From Octopus sinensis (taxonomy: Eukaryota), in the NCBI RefSeq assembly GCF_006345805.1, contig NC_042997.1, positions 85,188,001-85,252,000 of the forward strand: DNA of 64,000 bases, written 5' to 3'. Every line of letters begins with the position of its first letter. Within the stretch, counting starts at the first letter, position 1. Shown piece after piece: positions 10,381-25,440 of this stretch. A program made the position numbers and the translations under genes. The notes under the pieces were generated by a model that saw only the letters and a program-made list of their open reading frames with translations, was not told where the DNA came from and did not search any database.

Positions 10381-12862
10381 AACGAGACTTTACAGCTATT
10401 TCAGGCTATCCTTTAATCTAAAACATTCAACCCGTCACCTTCCCGTATCATTTTGCAGGGTGGAGCGACAAGTCTTCTCATTCGTAGTATATCAAGAGCT
10501 ATATGATCCAATATATCTTTTATATATATATATATAAAGATAGTTGGCTAAAATTTGCAAGAAATTTGGCTGGTATTTCTAGTAACTTGTGTCTCCACGT
10601 AGCCATTCCCCTCGAGGAAAGGCCAGCGCTTTGTCTCATCACGAGGGGAAAGAAATTTGTATGATTTATGTTCCATCAGCATAAAACTCTAAACCAAACG
10701 GAGCCAAGCTTGGCCCGGAGTAATTTGTGAAAGATTCCTGGTAATTTGTGAAAGATTTAACGTATTTTATATTTATTTATGTATGTATTCATTCGGTTGT
10801 TTAGTTATTTCTTTATTTATTCATTTATTTATATTCAACACAATATATCGGGTTCTGGCTCAGCAAATATCCGGTCGCATAATTGCTTTTCTCAAGTGGC
10901 ATCACTATTACCATTATAAAGTAATTTGAAATAGAGCTTAGATGTCAGTCTCACCAATTGCGACCTCCCTCATCGTTGCAGCTTGTACTTTTCTTGTTTT
11001 GATTTTTGCTGTTTTATTTATTTTTTGTTTTGTAATGTTTTGCTTCTTGTTAGCTTTTATATTTGTTATTTCGACTTTTTATTTATTTTTGTCGTTCATT
11101 TTGCTAACTATAAACACACTTGCTTATTTCTCTTTCTCCATTTCTCTTTCTTTATTTCATTCTTCCTTTTTTCTTTCTATCATTTATTCTCTTTTTCCTC
11201 TGTCTTTTTCCTTCTTCTCCTTCACTCTCTCCTTTCTCCTCTCACTCTCTCTCTCTCTCTCTCTCTCTCTCGCTCTCTTTCGCTCTCTTTCGCTCTCTCT
11301 CTCTCTCTTTAAGTTTGTCTTTTAGTAGATAATCAGTACCTACTTTACTTCGATAAGTAAAAATTCAGTAAAATTCCCACCGAAATGAAATGAGAAAGAT
11401 AAACAGAAAAAAGTGAAAATGGAAAAAAATAGAATAAATAAAATAAAATAAAACAGTTCCCAAAAGCGACCCTGTCATGAAACTGTACTCATTTCATTAT
11501 CTATTCGAAATTAATCGTATAAACCTTATTTGTGGGATAGGGTGTCCTCATAGGTCAGTGTTTTCACGAAATATGTGAAGATGTCTAAAAGGAGGTGGGT
11601 TGAGCCAAATAACCAAAACACTCACCCATATTAACAATAAAAGCGAGATTAAATGGTGGAAGCTCAGTCGTGGGTTCAGATCACCACGTGTTACATCAAA
11701 TCTGAGGAGGTTGAGTTGCGTATATAACATCTCTGGAGCGGAAGTAAGGGAGTAATTTGTATATGTTACGGTTCTAGGTGTGAGATCTAGCTGTACTGAC
11801 GCGAGAATGAATGATTGGGCTAAAGTTGGATAGAGGAGGTATGCATTTAATTGTTCAAAAGATCAATAGTAACAGAAGAGACAGCGTTATGTGAGCCAGT
11901 ATTTGTAATATACTGGAGATGAAACAGTATTTGCCAATCAACCAGATAGCATTCGTTTAGATGTGGTCGTAGATGATAGTAGTAATGCACAAAATACGCG
12001 CAGCATTTAGATATGAGGTATGTAAAATGTTCAGAAAATGTTGGCTGTTGGAGAATTATCCGAGCTTCACTAAAGAGTTGTCTTTGGCCTACCGCTTTAG
12101 CGACGCTATATGTATGTATGAGTAGGCGTAGTATGGTCGAATAGTTTACAAGTTCGCTTCGCAACACCCACAGCATGTGTTCGATTCCATTGCGTGGCAT
12201 TTTGAGCAAATGTTTATAGTCATGGGTTAACCCTTACCTTGCGAGTGAAACCGTAAAATAAAGCTGTATTTAAATCCACCGGCTTGATTGTACTTGCAAA
12301 TCAAAATAGGTACAACTTTGTTACACACTTTTGTCACGCTAATTCTGCCCAAGAATTATGTTTATGGTACACGTGTCTGTGAAATACACAACCACTTACA
12401 CGTTCATTCTGGGCCAGGTTATTCAGTTGGTCAAACAATTGAATCTTCATCGTCGAGCGACAGGGATCCACGACGATCACCATCATATGCAAGATTCACC
12501 GTGACAGATCATCAGAGGGTGCCACTAGGTTTAATTATATGCTTTCCTTTTCTATTGATGCTGAAGGTGTTAAGATGTTTTTTGTGATATATGCAATAAT
12601 TATGCTTTGTTCTATAACGAAAGCGGGTAGATTTCATGTCCACACTGAAACATGGTCTGTCTATGAAGCCAGTACATGCCTGGCCTGAACTGTATTATGG
12701 AAAGAGGAACAATGATATCATCTATAGAAAAGTGTTTATTTATAGAAATTATAATAAAGGGGTCATTAAGAGATTTTGTGTAATACATAAAAAACCTCGG
12801 TTACACCAAAGTCAACTGAGTTATGAATCGGAAAAAGTCATTGCGATGGTGTGATCTGAGGT

Positions 12863-12938
12863 ATGAGAGATGAATCAAGATATGAGAGAGGAATCAAGAT
12901 ATGAGAGGTGAATCAAGGCATGAGAGGCGAATCAAGTG
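12863..12938. repeat. 19-bp minisatellite x4 (atgagagNNgaatcaag..)
   Basis: Units start at 12863, 12882, 12901 and 12920. Confidence 0.9.
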
Positions 12939-13409
12939 TATTGTTGGTTAGCTCAGAGCGTTTACGTGTAAGGTATGGGTCAAAGGATTCGCTGATACCA
13001 AGTTCAATGACATTACTTTCATTGAAGTTCCAAAGAGTTATAGATTATCGGTCACTGACATGACAGAGCAAGTCAACAGTAGATCTGGCGCTTCGGAACT
13101 CGTAGTGGTGGTCATTGAGGAAACAGAGAGTCACCAGAAGACGAATTAGATGAATTTTAATGGCTGTTTTTGATTGCGTTTAATTTTTGACCGTGAGAAA
13201 AAACAGAACATTGATAAGACAGGCTCAGGGATGTTATCTGTACCCTACTATATATGATCGTAGACATGGCTGTATTGTAACGAAGTTTTCTTCGCAGTTA
13301 GGTGGTTCCGGGTTCAATACCAATGCAGGAATTGTTCAATAACTGCCATCTACCATGGCTGCAACGTTTTGTGACGTTTGTTTCACGAAAACAATACAAC
13401 CAATATTCA

Positions 13410-13463
<54 letters not shown>

Positions 13464-13714
13464 TTTCTGCTTCTCTCTCTCCCCTTCTCTTTCTACATAT
13501 ACATGTATATATATATAAATACGTATATGTATGTCGATATATGTTTGTGCATGTGTGTGTGCGCGTGCGTGAAAGAGAGAGCGAGTGTGTGAGTGTGTGT
13601 ATGTGTGTGTATGCGTGTGTGTATACATGTATATATATAGGTGTTAGTATGTATGTACGTATGTATGTACGTATGTATGTATACGTGCATGCATGTATGT
13701 ATATGTAGGAAAAG

Positions 13715-13925
13715 GGGGACGGCTTAGTTGTAACACACTGCAAGACCGAGCCGTGTTGGACATTGTATTCGTGAACAAAACACTTCATTTCGCTTTTCAC
13801 CAGTCCACTCAGCTGTAATGAGTTACCTTGCGACGGACTGGCATCCCGTTCAGAAGGTAGTGTTTGATGTCGGTCATTTATACGCAATAGAAACCTGGTA
13901 ACAAGCCCTATTGGTCCTAAGCCAC
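13715..13925 (+). mobile_element. tRNA-derived SINE with MetaSINE-like central domain
   Basis: ccactcagctgtaatgag...ccttgcgacggactggcatcccgttcag...gaaacctgg (13826-13898) resembles, from memory, the conserved Meta domain (CTGCGATGGACTAGCATCCCATCCAG...GAAACCGG). Not verified. Confidence 0.5.
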
Positions 13926-14420
13926 GAGACAGTAATGCCCAGGGTTTGATACACACACTCACACATATATTATAACTTCTGGATTATAACCTAATAGTAT
14001 GCTTTACAAAGTTCCTCCCCGTGCATCGGCTATCATGTGCTATCATACAGAAAAAAATTCTGCTTTCACCAGGCATACATATAGAAATCTGTTAATATCC
14101 ACAGAATTCATAGTAAAAAATCATAATACAAGAAGACGGAGTGAATAGGCTTTAATCCAAATTGCTACAATTGTTACTGTGAATTAGTATAAGCTGACAA
14201 TTGCCGAGTGTTTCACATATTGTTCATATTTTTGCATTAATATGATTCAACAATAGCTGTGTACCTGCACATCTTCAACTGAGTAGGTTCGAGAGTAACC
14301 CGTTTATTCTATCTTCTTGCATTCTAATTTTACACACACACACACACACACTTATATATAAACATACGTACATGTATGTATGTATGTATGTACGTATGTA
14401 TGTATGTATGCATGTATGCT

Positions 14421-14452
<32 letters not shown>

Positions 14453-15720
14453 TGTATGCATGCATGCATGTATGTATATATATATGTGTTTATATATAAA
14501 TACATACTAGCCTAATATCTATCCAACAGATGGAGCAAATTAGATTTAAACATAAATTTCAGTTTCATGCTTCAAGGGTAAACAGCAGCCTTTTCCACCC
14601 ACACTCCATATAATATAATTAGATATTTTTACTGAAACCACTGTATTTTATATCCAAATTGTATTTCATTTATCTAAAAAGATCCAACAAGAAAATTTTT
14701 ATCATACAATAATTCCTTTCGTTACTCTACGCCCTATCATTTGTAGACGGCGACTTCAACTCGAGAGCACAGTATGTCTTTCACTGGAGTTTTCATGGCT
14801 ACGGTTTTGGACCAGTTGCACATTTTGTCAGCCCATTTGCCATCGTGAGTGCAATGGCCTAACCACTATGTCACACACCTTCAACTTTACATATCTACAC
14901 GCATTCATAATAAATATACGCATACAATCAGGTACATTGTTATAAACTCACTGATCTATTATATCTTAAAAACTTGATTGATAAATATTTGTTTGCGTCT
15001 ACTTTCTTTAGTATTGGCTTTGAATGAAATATAAGCAGAGACAGTACTATCTAGACCCAGGTCAACTTTATCGAGCTGACATAGAACCAAAAGCGTTCTA
15101 ACTATGACTACCCTGTTTATCGTACATTTAGGACTACGTGTTAAATATTTCCTTCATTTTTCAAGAGTTTAAGCTGCGTTTAGTGATATGTGGCTGCTAT
15201 TTATAGCATATCAGGTAACAACGTAAAAGTTCCGAAGTTAATAATACGTATACTGCTGGATAAAGTTGGGATCAAGTGAAGGAGAAAATTGCTATAATTG
15301 AAGGTGATTCTGAACGTATTAAATCATGTTAGTGGCCCATAACTTATATATCAGCAGTGTCATTCAGACAGGGGATAAAGTTTTTTCAACGATACTACTG
15401 ACTTAGTAACTTCAGCTAATCTAATTATCATATCACGTAAAACAGAGCCCCATTATATCCACAGCTAATAAAATAATTACTTAAACGTGCACACATACAC
15501 AGTACACAGAAACAATCACGCCCCTAACTATTTAGAATGGGTGGTCGTAATTTTTCTAAGTAATGGCTTCAAATTTTGGCACAAGGCCAGCAATAACGGG
15601 GGAGGCTAGTTGATTACGGAGTACCACAAACGATTCTGCCAATACGCCGCCTAATGTTTTGAAGGACTAATAATTATAATGATAGTAATAATGATAATAA
15701 TAATAATAATAATAATAATA

Positions 15721-15764
<44 letters not shown>

Positions 15765-15769
15765 GTAAG

Positions 15770-15975
15770 TTCTAATATAGGTACAAGGCCTGAAACTTTT
15801 GGGGAGGGGACAAGTCGATTACATTGACCCCAGGGCTCAACATATACTTATTTTATCGACTCCGAAAGGATGAAAGGAAAAGTTGACCTCGGCGGAACTG
15901 TGAACTCAGAACGTAAAGACGGACGAAATGCCGCTTGGCATTTCACCCGGCTAACGATTCTACCAAATTGCCGAC
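15770..15975 (-). mobile_element. SINE family A copy
   Basis: gactccgaaaggatgaaaggaaaagttgacctcggcggaactgtgaactcagaacg matches the 3046-3278 copy. Confidence 0.75.
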
Positions 15976-16395
15976 TTCGTTGTAGAATTCCTTGCTGTCT
16001 TAAGTAATTTTCGTTAAAATTTAACCAGTCCACATTAATATCTAAAAGGAGGAACGTTCTGAATGAGACGCTATAAGAAAACATGGTTAATAATAACACA
16101 ACTTCGCAAAATTATTTATTTGGTTAAAATAATCATCTGTGTTTTAGAGTTTTTGTTTTCCGTTTTTTTTTTTGTAAAACGAGAGAAGAAGTTATAAAAT
16201 ACCAATCGGTGAGAACTACAAGATTAGATGCTGTACCCATTCCAGTCTATGTCTCCAAAACAGGAAGGTAATTGGAGTTTGGGGATTGTGAAAACTGAGA
16301 TGATTACTTTAGGTGGTTTATGCATATATTTTTCGTTCCCATGCGCGCCCATGAGAGAGAGGAGGAATAGACAGAGAGACGGATGGACGAATATA

Positions 16396-16412
16396 CAGAC
16401 AGACAGACAGAC

Positions 16413-16492
<80 letters not shown>
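16396..16492. repeat. (GACA)n(GATA)n microsatellite
   Basis: Direct reading. Confidence 0.95.
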
Positions 16493-16527
16493 GATTATGC
16501 ATACACACGCATATATATATTTACTTA

Positions 16528-17560
16528 CAGTGATGTCCCTCGGGGGGATCTTGGGTCCGCTTCTGTTTATAGTCTATATAAACGACCATTCCAGCGTCAT
16601 AAAACTCAGTTTAGTGAAAATATTTGCTGATGACTCCAAGTTCCAGAAATTTATCAACGGAGAAGACCGAACAGAACTCCAGCCTGATATACATGTAAGT
16701 CAATGGGCAAACAATAACAAGATGCAACTAAACGAGGGAAATTTTGAACTGATATTTTGGAGAAAGACTATGCTAAAACAACCATATACTCTTCCTCCAG
16801 GAGAACCGCGCACAGCATCTAACGATATCAGAAACCTAGGAGTAATTGTTGATAACTGTTTCAGCTGGAGTGTTGACATCAATGATAAGGTCGATATAGT
16901 TCGTAGGATGAGCTCCTGGATCCTAAGAACGATCTGGTCTAGAGAACAAGGTGTCATCATTCTTCTTTTCTCTCCTTTGTACAGCCACACTACGAAAACT
17001 GCTTGCTCCCTGTGGTCTCCCTATATAAAACAAAACATTTCGAAAATTGAATCATTAAGGGGGTGACTCATCTCGATTACTGGGGAACACAGTTCTCTCC
17101 AGCGCCGCCGTGAACGATACATCATTTGCACGATGTGGAGAATATACCACCATTATTACCCAAGCGACCTCAACATTAGTTTCAGAATTCATCCAACGCT
17201 AGGACCACGGGCCATACGTCCCTACCCAATTCAAGATCACAATGCATAAATACACAGCAATACAATTTCTTTTCCTCAACAGGCCCTACCCTATTTAACA
17301 CTGTCCCAAAACCGATCAAAGAGGGAAAGGATCTCATCATCTTTAAACGGAATCTGGACAAATTTCTTCAAGGAATACCAGATAAGCCACCTATACCTGG
17401 ATACAACTCACTCAACAAGAACTCCCTACTCGAATGGGCCATAATACCAGAAAACTTGACTTAAAAAGGCTTTAGCTAATCCTGTCAGCTGATGCTATGA
17501 AGTTAGACATGACCTGGACCAATCATTGGTCGAAACATATCCAAGTTATTGTGTTATTAA
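16528..17560 (+). mobile_element. 5'-truncated CR1/L2-group LINE (RT C-terminal half and 3' UTR)
   Basis: ORF 16491..17066 has [14 protein letters not shown]...VKIFADDSK...IRNLGVIVD...WSPY. Downstream frames give SLQRRRERY-like and GPTLFN-like motifs. Confidence 0.85.
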
Positions 17561-18039
17561 AACAAAAAGATTAATCACCAAATTTTTAGTTCTTCAAATT
17601 TTCGCCTTATAGATTATTCCTCGTCAATGAAATATAACCAAGACGATGTGCTTTATTCTCAGTTTTTAGATAGGGAGGAGAAAAATAGAATGATTACAAC
17701 GAGAGCAGAAAAATAAAATTTATGCATTATCAATATTAGCAGGATTTTAAGTGTGCTAAATATCAAACAGTGAACATTGAAGTGGGTCATAGAAAGATTA
17801 AAGGAAAAGGAAAATTTAGACATGACGGAACACCTATCGTTAGCCATGAAAACCAGAAACGGTGTAATTTCGTTGCATTAAAGTTCAAACACTTAAATTC
17901 CATGATATTGCTCGTCTTGTTGCGCCAATAGTAGTCAATATCACTAAGGTGATAGACATTGCAAACAAAAGAAAACTTAATGTAGAGGACAACTTGAGAG
18001 TGAGTCAGAAAACAACTGACAGATACATGTAATACAGTT

Positions 18040-18162
18040 CAAGAAATATGTGTGTGTGTGTGTGTGGTGTGTGTGTGTATGTGTGTATGTGTGTGTGTGC
18101 GTATCTCGAGACATATATATATATATGTATATATATAAACATATATAAACACACACGCACAC

Positions 18163-18193
<31 letters not shown>

Positions 18194-18484
18194 TGTATGT
18201 ATGTGTGTATGTATGTATGTATATATATGTGTGTGTACGTCTTTCGACAGTGCACTGGAATAAATTCACCAGTTGCTAGCACGAAGGAAAAGAAAACAGA
18301 ACATTTTCCTCACATTAGAAATTATATATATACATATATATATATATAATATATATATATATATTATATATATATATATATATATAATTTCTAATATATG
18401 TATATATATGTATATATGTATATATGTACATATGTATGTTTGTATGTAGGTATGCACATGTTTATGTATATAATATATATATAT

Positions 18485-18523
<39 letters not shown>

Positions 18524-18536
18524 AATATGCCCATGC

Positions 18537-18570
<34 letters not shown>

Positions 18571-18836
18571 GCATGGGCATATTATACATATATACATATG
18601 CATTCATGTTTCTATACATAAGATCACTGATATTACATATATATATACGTATATATATCTACATGTTTTCATGCATATGTAATATACAATATAATTATAC
18701 ACTGAACAGAGACACACACATATAATACACAAACAGAAATATGTCTACCTGTCTCAGTCTGTATGTATTTGCAGATCTGTGCGCAAATGTACATGTATGT
18801 GTTTATCAATTTTATACGAATATACATCACACATAC

Positions 18837-18867
<31 letters not shown>

Positions 18868-18873
18868 GTAATA

Positions 18874-18944
<71 letters not shown>

Positions 18945-19588
18945 TAATAATAACAATAATAATAATATGTATTTGGACATCGACTTCCTCATCTTTTACA
19001 CATCCTTTCTTTCGATTTTTTATCTCATCGTCTCGTCTCGTAAATCAACCGGATGGAATAAAGAAATGATAGGACATAAAATTAAATAAACAAAGCAGAA
19101 AAAAAAGAAAATAAATAAAAAAATAGATAAATAAAAATTTAAAAAACTATAAAAAAAACTAAAAAAATCGCACACGCATCTATTCCAATGGAAATGTTTA
19201 AATTCAATATTCTTATTGCCTCTATAATATCTGATATTGATGTTTAATTTACCACATCAAAGAGAACTTCCTGGTCAGTGATACATCTATCAGAAAGTTC
19301 ATCCATTTGTAAATTAAGTAGAATATATCTAAATCTATATCTGTAGCTAAGTCTATTTATATACATACATACATACATACATACATACATACATACATAC
19401 ATACATACATACATACATACATACATACATACATACGTGCGTGTATGCATGTATATGTATGTGTACATATGTGTGTGTGTGTGAGTGCGTGTGTGCATAT
19501 ATATATATATATATATATACATGTGTATATACGTATGTGTGTATGTTTATTTATGTGCATAAATAAATATAAGAAAATTATATATATA

Positions 19589-19634
<46 letters not shown>

Positions 19635-19760
19635 TGCATGTATATATATGTGCGTGTGTGTGTGTTTATATATATAAATATGTATGTATATATGAGTGTA
19701 TATATATATATATTATATATATATAATATAATATATATATATGTATGTATGTATTCAATA
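18040..19760. repeat. Cluster of (GT)n, (ATGT)n, (AT)n, (AAT)n and (ATAC)n microsatellites
   Basis: Direct reading; the source of many low-complexity ORFs. Confidence 0.9.
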
Positions 19761-20323
19761 TATATATTCGTTATTGATTTTGTTTATTGTATGCTGTTTT
19801 TTTTATTGATATTACAATTAATTATCTTCAGTACAATATAAAACAATAAAATGTTTCGTTGGTAACGTCAAATCGAAAAATAGAGATATGGCCGAGTTGT
19901 GAAGAAATTTGCATCACAGTAACAAGATTTCGAGTTCTATCTCACTGCGTGGCTCCTACGAGTCATGCGCTTTACAGTAGCATTCGATTGACCAGCATTT
20001 TGAAATCGGATTTCAATGCCCAATTTCCTTCACTTCTCTTCATTGACGCCGACAAGGAACTTGAGGGTATGATTGAAACAAAAAATTTGTTTTTTGTTTT
20101 GTTTGTTTTTTGTTGACATGAACGATAAATTGCCGGTTATTCCACATATTAAATCACACTGAAAATTGATTTTTGCCTGCCATTCTTTCAGAGTTTATGA
20201 ACTCACTCAACTTGTTAGAAATTGCATCAAGTCTTCCTCAAATCTCAGCTCACAACTTTTTTTTAGAAAAACTACATTCGATAATGTGGTCATTATTTCT
20301 CTGTTGACTGAGAAAAAAAAACA

Positions 20324-20699
20324 GGATGATCTCGGCTCAAGTGCTTCTGGTCACCGGTCAACTCGACCAGGGTTAAACTGGGATTTAAGAACAATAGCTA
20401 TATAATTCTATTGCATACTTTTATACTTTAATTTTATACTTTATTGGTATCCCTTCCTTGAGGGTACGGAAACCAGAGATCAATAAATCATATCCTAAAA
20501 AACGGAATGGTCTCGGCTGAAAGGCTTCTGGTCATCAGTCAACTTAATTAAAGTTAAACTGGAGATTAGGGACAATAGCTATATAATTTTATTACTTAAT
20601 CTTATATTTTAATTTTATGCTTTATTAGTATTCCTTCCCCAAGAGTACGGATGCCAGTGTCAATTTAATATCAGGCAGAGATTAATAATTCATATCCTG
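20324..20699. repeat. Tandem duplication of a ~180-bp unit
   Basis: 20324-20476 aligns with 20504-20657 (tctcggct...gcttctggtca...gttaaactgg...acaatagctatataatt...gtacgga..ccag). Confidence 0.85.
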
Positions 20700-21024
20700 C
20701 CAACATCGGAAATGATGTGCCAATGCCATAGTCAAGTCACCTCACTTAGTAACAACCAAGTTCATTTAGTTTTAAGTAGCCAATATTGGATGGTGATTTA
20801 ATACTTTAGTATTTAAACTGACCATATCCAGCCAAAATATTCTACCTTTTTATGTTCAGACTGACCAGATGCAACATCTCACACCTACTCTACGATGTCA
20901 TAGTAAAGATAAACAATCACATAATTGAAATTCTGATGCCAAAAGATAATGAATGATTAATTCAAAGGAATGTGAACAAATAAGCATAACATTTGACAGA
21001 ATGATCTGAATGCTATGTGGTTAA

Positions 21025-21240
21025 GATGGCGAGCTGGTAGAACTGTCACCGCACCAGACAAAATGCTTAGCAGCATTTCATCTTTTCTACGTTCTGAGTT
21101 CAAATGCTGCCGACGTCGATTTTGCCTTTCCTTCTTTCGGGGTTGATAAAATAAATACCAGCTCAACACTGGGGTCGATGTAATCGTTTACCCCTCCCCC
21201 AAAACTGCTGTCCTTATGTAAAAAATTGAGACCAATATTG
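21025..21240 (+). mobile_element. SINE family A copy
   Basis: ggcgagctggtagaactg...gttctgagttcaaat...ttttgcctttccttctttcggggttgataaaataaatacc. Confidence 0.75.
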
Positions 21241-22699
21241 GATGACGACGTTCATATTTGTGTGTGATCAATCTTTTTCTATTTTCTTTTTCCTTGCTTT
21301 AAAGTGTTAAACTTCCTTCACAAAGTATCATGCTTATCTGGAGAATAGATTCAAAAATCTTTACTCCACATTTAAATAACAAATACTTTGAAAAGTTGAG
21401 AAGAGAATGCACTTTCAAGGAAGAGTACTAATTACAGTGAAAGTTCTTTGCTGGGAGCCGACCAAAATTGACTAAACATGTGTCGCTTTGTGCCTATTTT
21501 AGTGAGTTTTATGTGATTCCAGAAAATGAAGCAGTATCGATAGGCTTTTCAGATACTCCCACACTAGTGAAATTGTTATTAATGTTCAAGAGCGCAGATC
21601 AATCAATGTCTGGGATTTCCAAGAAACACTACTACTTTTATAGAAGGAAAATAATTCATCATTGTAATATCTCTGCAATCTCCACCGAGGCCAATTTTGT
21701 CTTTCATCCTTTCGGGGTCGATAACATAAGTACCAGTTGAATGCTGGGGTTGGTGTAATCGACTTATTTTCACCCCCGAAATTGCTGGCCTTGTGCAAAA
21801 ATTTGAAACCAATATTACGTAATCTGATAGAACATGTATACCACTCACACTAAATTGGATAGGCTAACATGGTATCGATTTACAACTAGGTGGACTGTTC
21901 TAACGAGAGTTGTTGCTTAATCCGAGATTAGCCCTAATTGAGTACATCGCTGATCAAAGTTCAAAGTTGTTCTATCTATGATCATCCGACCTGCGACTAT
22001 TTTATTCAAAGTGCCCTTTTTGTAAAGCCACTAGATTATTTTTTAGAGGTATTTGTTTGTTATTTTAACAGATTGAGCAACGTAGTCAGTAAAAGCATCC
22101 TTATTAGATCGTACAACGGCACTCAGCAGCCGTTCTCTTGGATTTTCCTATCGGTCATTCATACTTTGTCGAGTCAGCGACTAAATAACAAAAAAAAATC
22201 TATCCACTTGTTATTAATAATCGGCTTCATACATTAACTGCACCAATAATTCGGTCATCTGTAATTTTCGTTTAGAAGACGTAGGTCACATTCATTAAAG
22301 ACAAAAATCAAAACAACCAAGAATGCTTTTGATTAATTCAAAATTAAATGACTATTTCATGTTTTATTAAAGAAACAATTTCATATCAGTTAATCAGTTC
22401 GTATCGCTTCTTATCGGTAATAACCTGGAAATTTATCCAGTGAACAACATAACGCTTTTAGAGTCGATGTTGTTTTTCTCGATAAATTCTTTCTGTAGCC
22501 AAAACATATTTTGGCAATGTTCTTACATAGTTGAAGTTAAAAGATAAAATAAATAAGCAAATGTGTTTAATTAATGTATTAAAATAATTAAATGTTTAAA
22601 AAAATATTAACTACATATATTGCTTTTGAAGTAATATTTCATAAAATCATAAAATGTCAAAAATTTATGACAAATTTTGTACATGTAAACACATATACG

Positions 22700-22713
22700 T
22701 GTATATATCCAGC

Positions 22714-22775
<62 letters not shown>

Positions 22776-23565
22776 TATATATATATGTATGTGTGTATAT
22801 ATATGTGTATGTATGTATATATATATATATATATATACATACACATATATATACACACATACATATATATACATACATACATACATAAATACATACATAC
22901 ATACATACATACATACATACATACATACATACATACATACATACATACATACATCTTGGGTGTGTGGTAAGAAGCGTGCTTCCCAACCACATGGTTCTGG
23001 GTTCAGTCGCACTGCGTGGCACCCTGGACAAGTGTCTTCTATCATAACCTCTTCTACTATAAGCCCACTGGCTATTTGCGACCTCAAATCCTGGATAGAG
23101 ACTGATACTCTATATATCAATGGCAGGGGAATCGGCTGCTTTGTCTTCGGCTGCTGATCGTCTGCCATTTACAAACCCAAGGAAGGCCAAAATCACGTGA
23201 TCTAGCAGTTTCGAGTGGCCTTTTTCTGATCTTTTGGATACCACTCGGCAACTGCATGGATCCACCTGCTGTCTCTAAACTTTGCAACATGTCCAGCCCA
23301 GTGGAAGTTGCACTTTCAGAACTGTATCAAATTGTCCACCCCGCTCTATTCTCGAGATACCTCGTTTCAAATATGCTCTCTTAGCGATGTTCCTAGTATG
23401 GATCTTTCCATAGCCGTTTGTCGTAACCAATCGATGTTCTATCCACTTCGTAGAAGTCCACATTGTAATTTTAAGCAAATCACATTTATAAATGTATACA
23501 TGTATATACTACACACACACGCACACATATATATTTCCAAGTAAGTTTTATCTATCTATCTATCT

Positions 23566-23609
<44 letters not shown>

Positions 23610-23936
23610 TATATATTTCAACAATGTTTAAAATTAATTATAATCAATTTCACCAAGTATTCAGTATAAGGACCATTTAAGTTTAAGAATATTTAAGAAA
23701 TAGTTTTAAAAAAGTTTTTTTAGCTGCTGTTTCTGATGAGTTCAGTATGCGGCAAGTAATTTATTTACTAGCCCTTTATATATATATATATATATATATA
23801 TTTATTTATATAATATATATATATATATATATATATGCATATATACATATATGTATATGTATATATATATATATACATACACATGTATATATATACACAT
23901 ATATATATATATATATACATACACATGTATATATAT

Positions 23937-23993
<57 letters not shown>

Positions 23994-24737
23994 GCATATA
24001 TACATATATGTATATGTATATATATATATATACATACACATGTATATATATACACATATATATATACATACACATGTATATATATACACATATATATATG
24101 CATATATATTTGTATACATACATGCGTACATCATTTATATAGAGTGGGAGAAGTCTATCTGTGTGTTTGTGTATACACTCACATCTAAAGACGTACATAC
24201 ATACATACATAAATACATACATACATACATACATACATACATACATACATACATACATACATACATACATACATACATGCATGCATATATACATACATAC
24301 ACACATACACACAAACGTAACGGTGTCGACATCACCTATTTTCACTTTTCTGTTCATTTTTCCTTGTCGCTTCTGAATTTTTTCTTCTTTTTTTTTATTA
24401 TTAATTTTTATTTTTATTTAATATGTTTCTCTGGTTGGATGCACCTTCAAGTATTCGTTCTCAGTATATTTAAAGAGGGATTAGTAACTATTTTCCGGGT
24501 AGATAGACTGAGATAAAGAAAATAATACGCTTTGCCTGAGGGGTCGTAAAACGCTATAGTTTGTAAAAGGTTTTTCTAAAAACTATTAAATTCGTTTGCA
24601 TACAATCAAAGCATTCGCCCCATTTGCGTTAAAAAGCGAGACCCATCTCTACACAACATTATAAATAAATATACACATACATGTATTCGTATATATGTGT
24701 GTATGTGTGTGTTTTCTTACAAATACATGGATGCATG

Positions 24738-24798
<61 letters not shown>

Positions 24799-25071
24799 GC
24801 ACATATATATCACTGGAAAGTTATAGTCGCAAACGTTTATAACGCGTTTTATTGACAACCTCATAGTGTCCTTTTTATATGAGACGTTACACAGAGAATA
24901 CATCACAATGAAGTATGCATTTCATTAATGAGATCTTAAATAAATATAGATCTACGAGGTTTTACGCTTTTGGTTTCCACAAACATTCGCAAATACACAC
25001 ACAAACATACACATGCACACACATCCATAGATATATTTATATACAGATAAATATATATAAATATATATATA

Positions 25072-25139
<68 letters not shown>

Positions 25140-25158
25140 TAGATAGATATATGCATAT

Positions 25159-25199
<41 letters not shown>

Positions 25200-25440
25200 A
25201 ATATATATATACACACATATATATATACATATATACATATACACACACATATATAAACATATACATTTATATATATATATTTACATACATACATGTACAT
25301 ATATATATACATGTATGTATGCGTATGTGTGAATACATGAGTGTGTGCATGTGTACCTTCACATATAACCTATATATATATTATATATACATATATGTAC
25401 ACACACACACACACACACACACATATAAATATATATATAA
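22700..25440. repeat. Large (AT)n/(ATAC)n/(GT)n microsatellite clusters with interspersed unique DNA
   Basis: Direct reading. Confidence 0.85.
23200..23470 (-). pseudogene. RTE-clade LINE RT C-terminal fragment
   Basis: Manual translation: AMERSILGTSLREHI...FHWAGHVAKFRDSRWIHAVAEWYPKD, matching the RTE consensus AMERxMLG...WAGHVAR...RW...EWYP. Confidence 0.75.

Noticed and set aside
16626-16650. CTGATGA...GAAA hammerhead-like string
   Set aside because: It lies in the FADD codons of the CR1-like RT, and there is no stem II or stem I pairing.
17743-17930. Open frame DFKCAKYQTVNIEVGHRKIKGKGKFRHDGTPIVSHENQKR as a possible exon
   Set aside because: The acceptor lacks a polypyrimidine tract, the donor GTGTAA is weak, and no homology is recognised.
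22240-22540. Possible Tc1 transposase C-terminal remnant on the minus strand
   Set aside because: Too decayed; no catalytic motif or paired TIR could be read.
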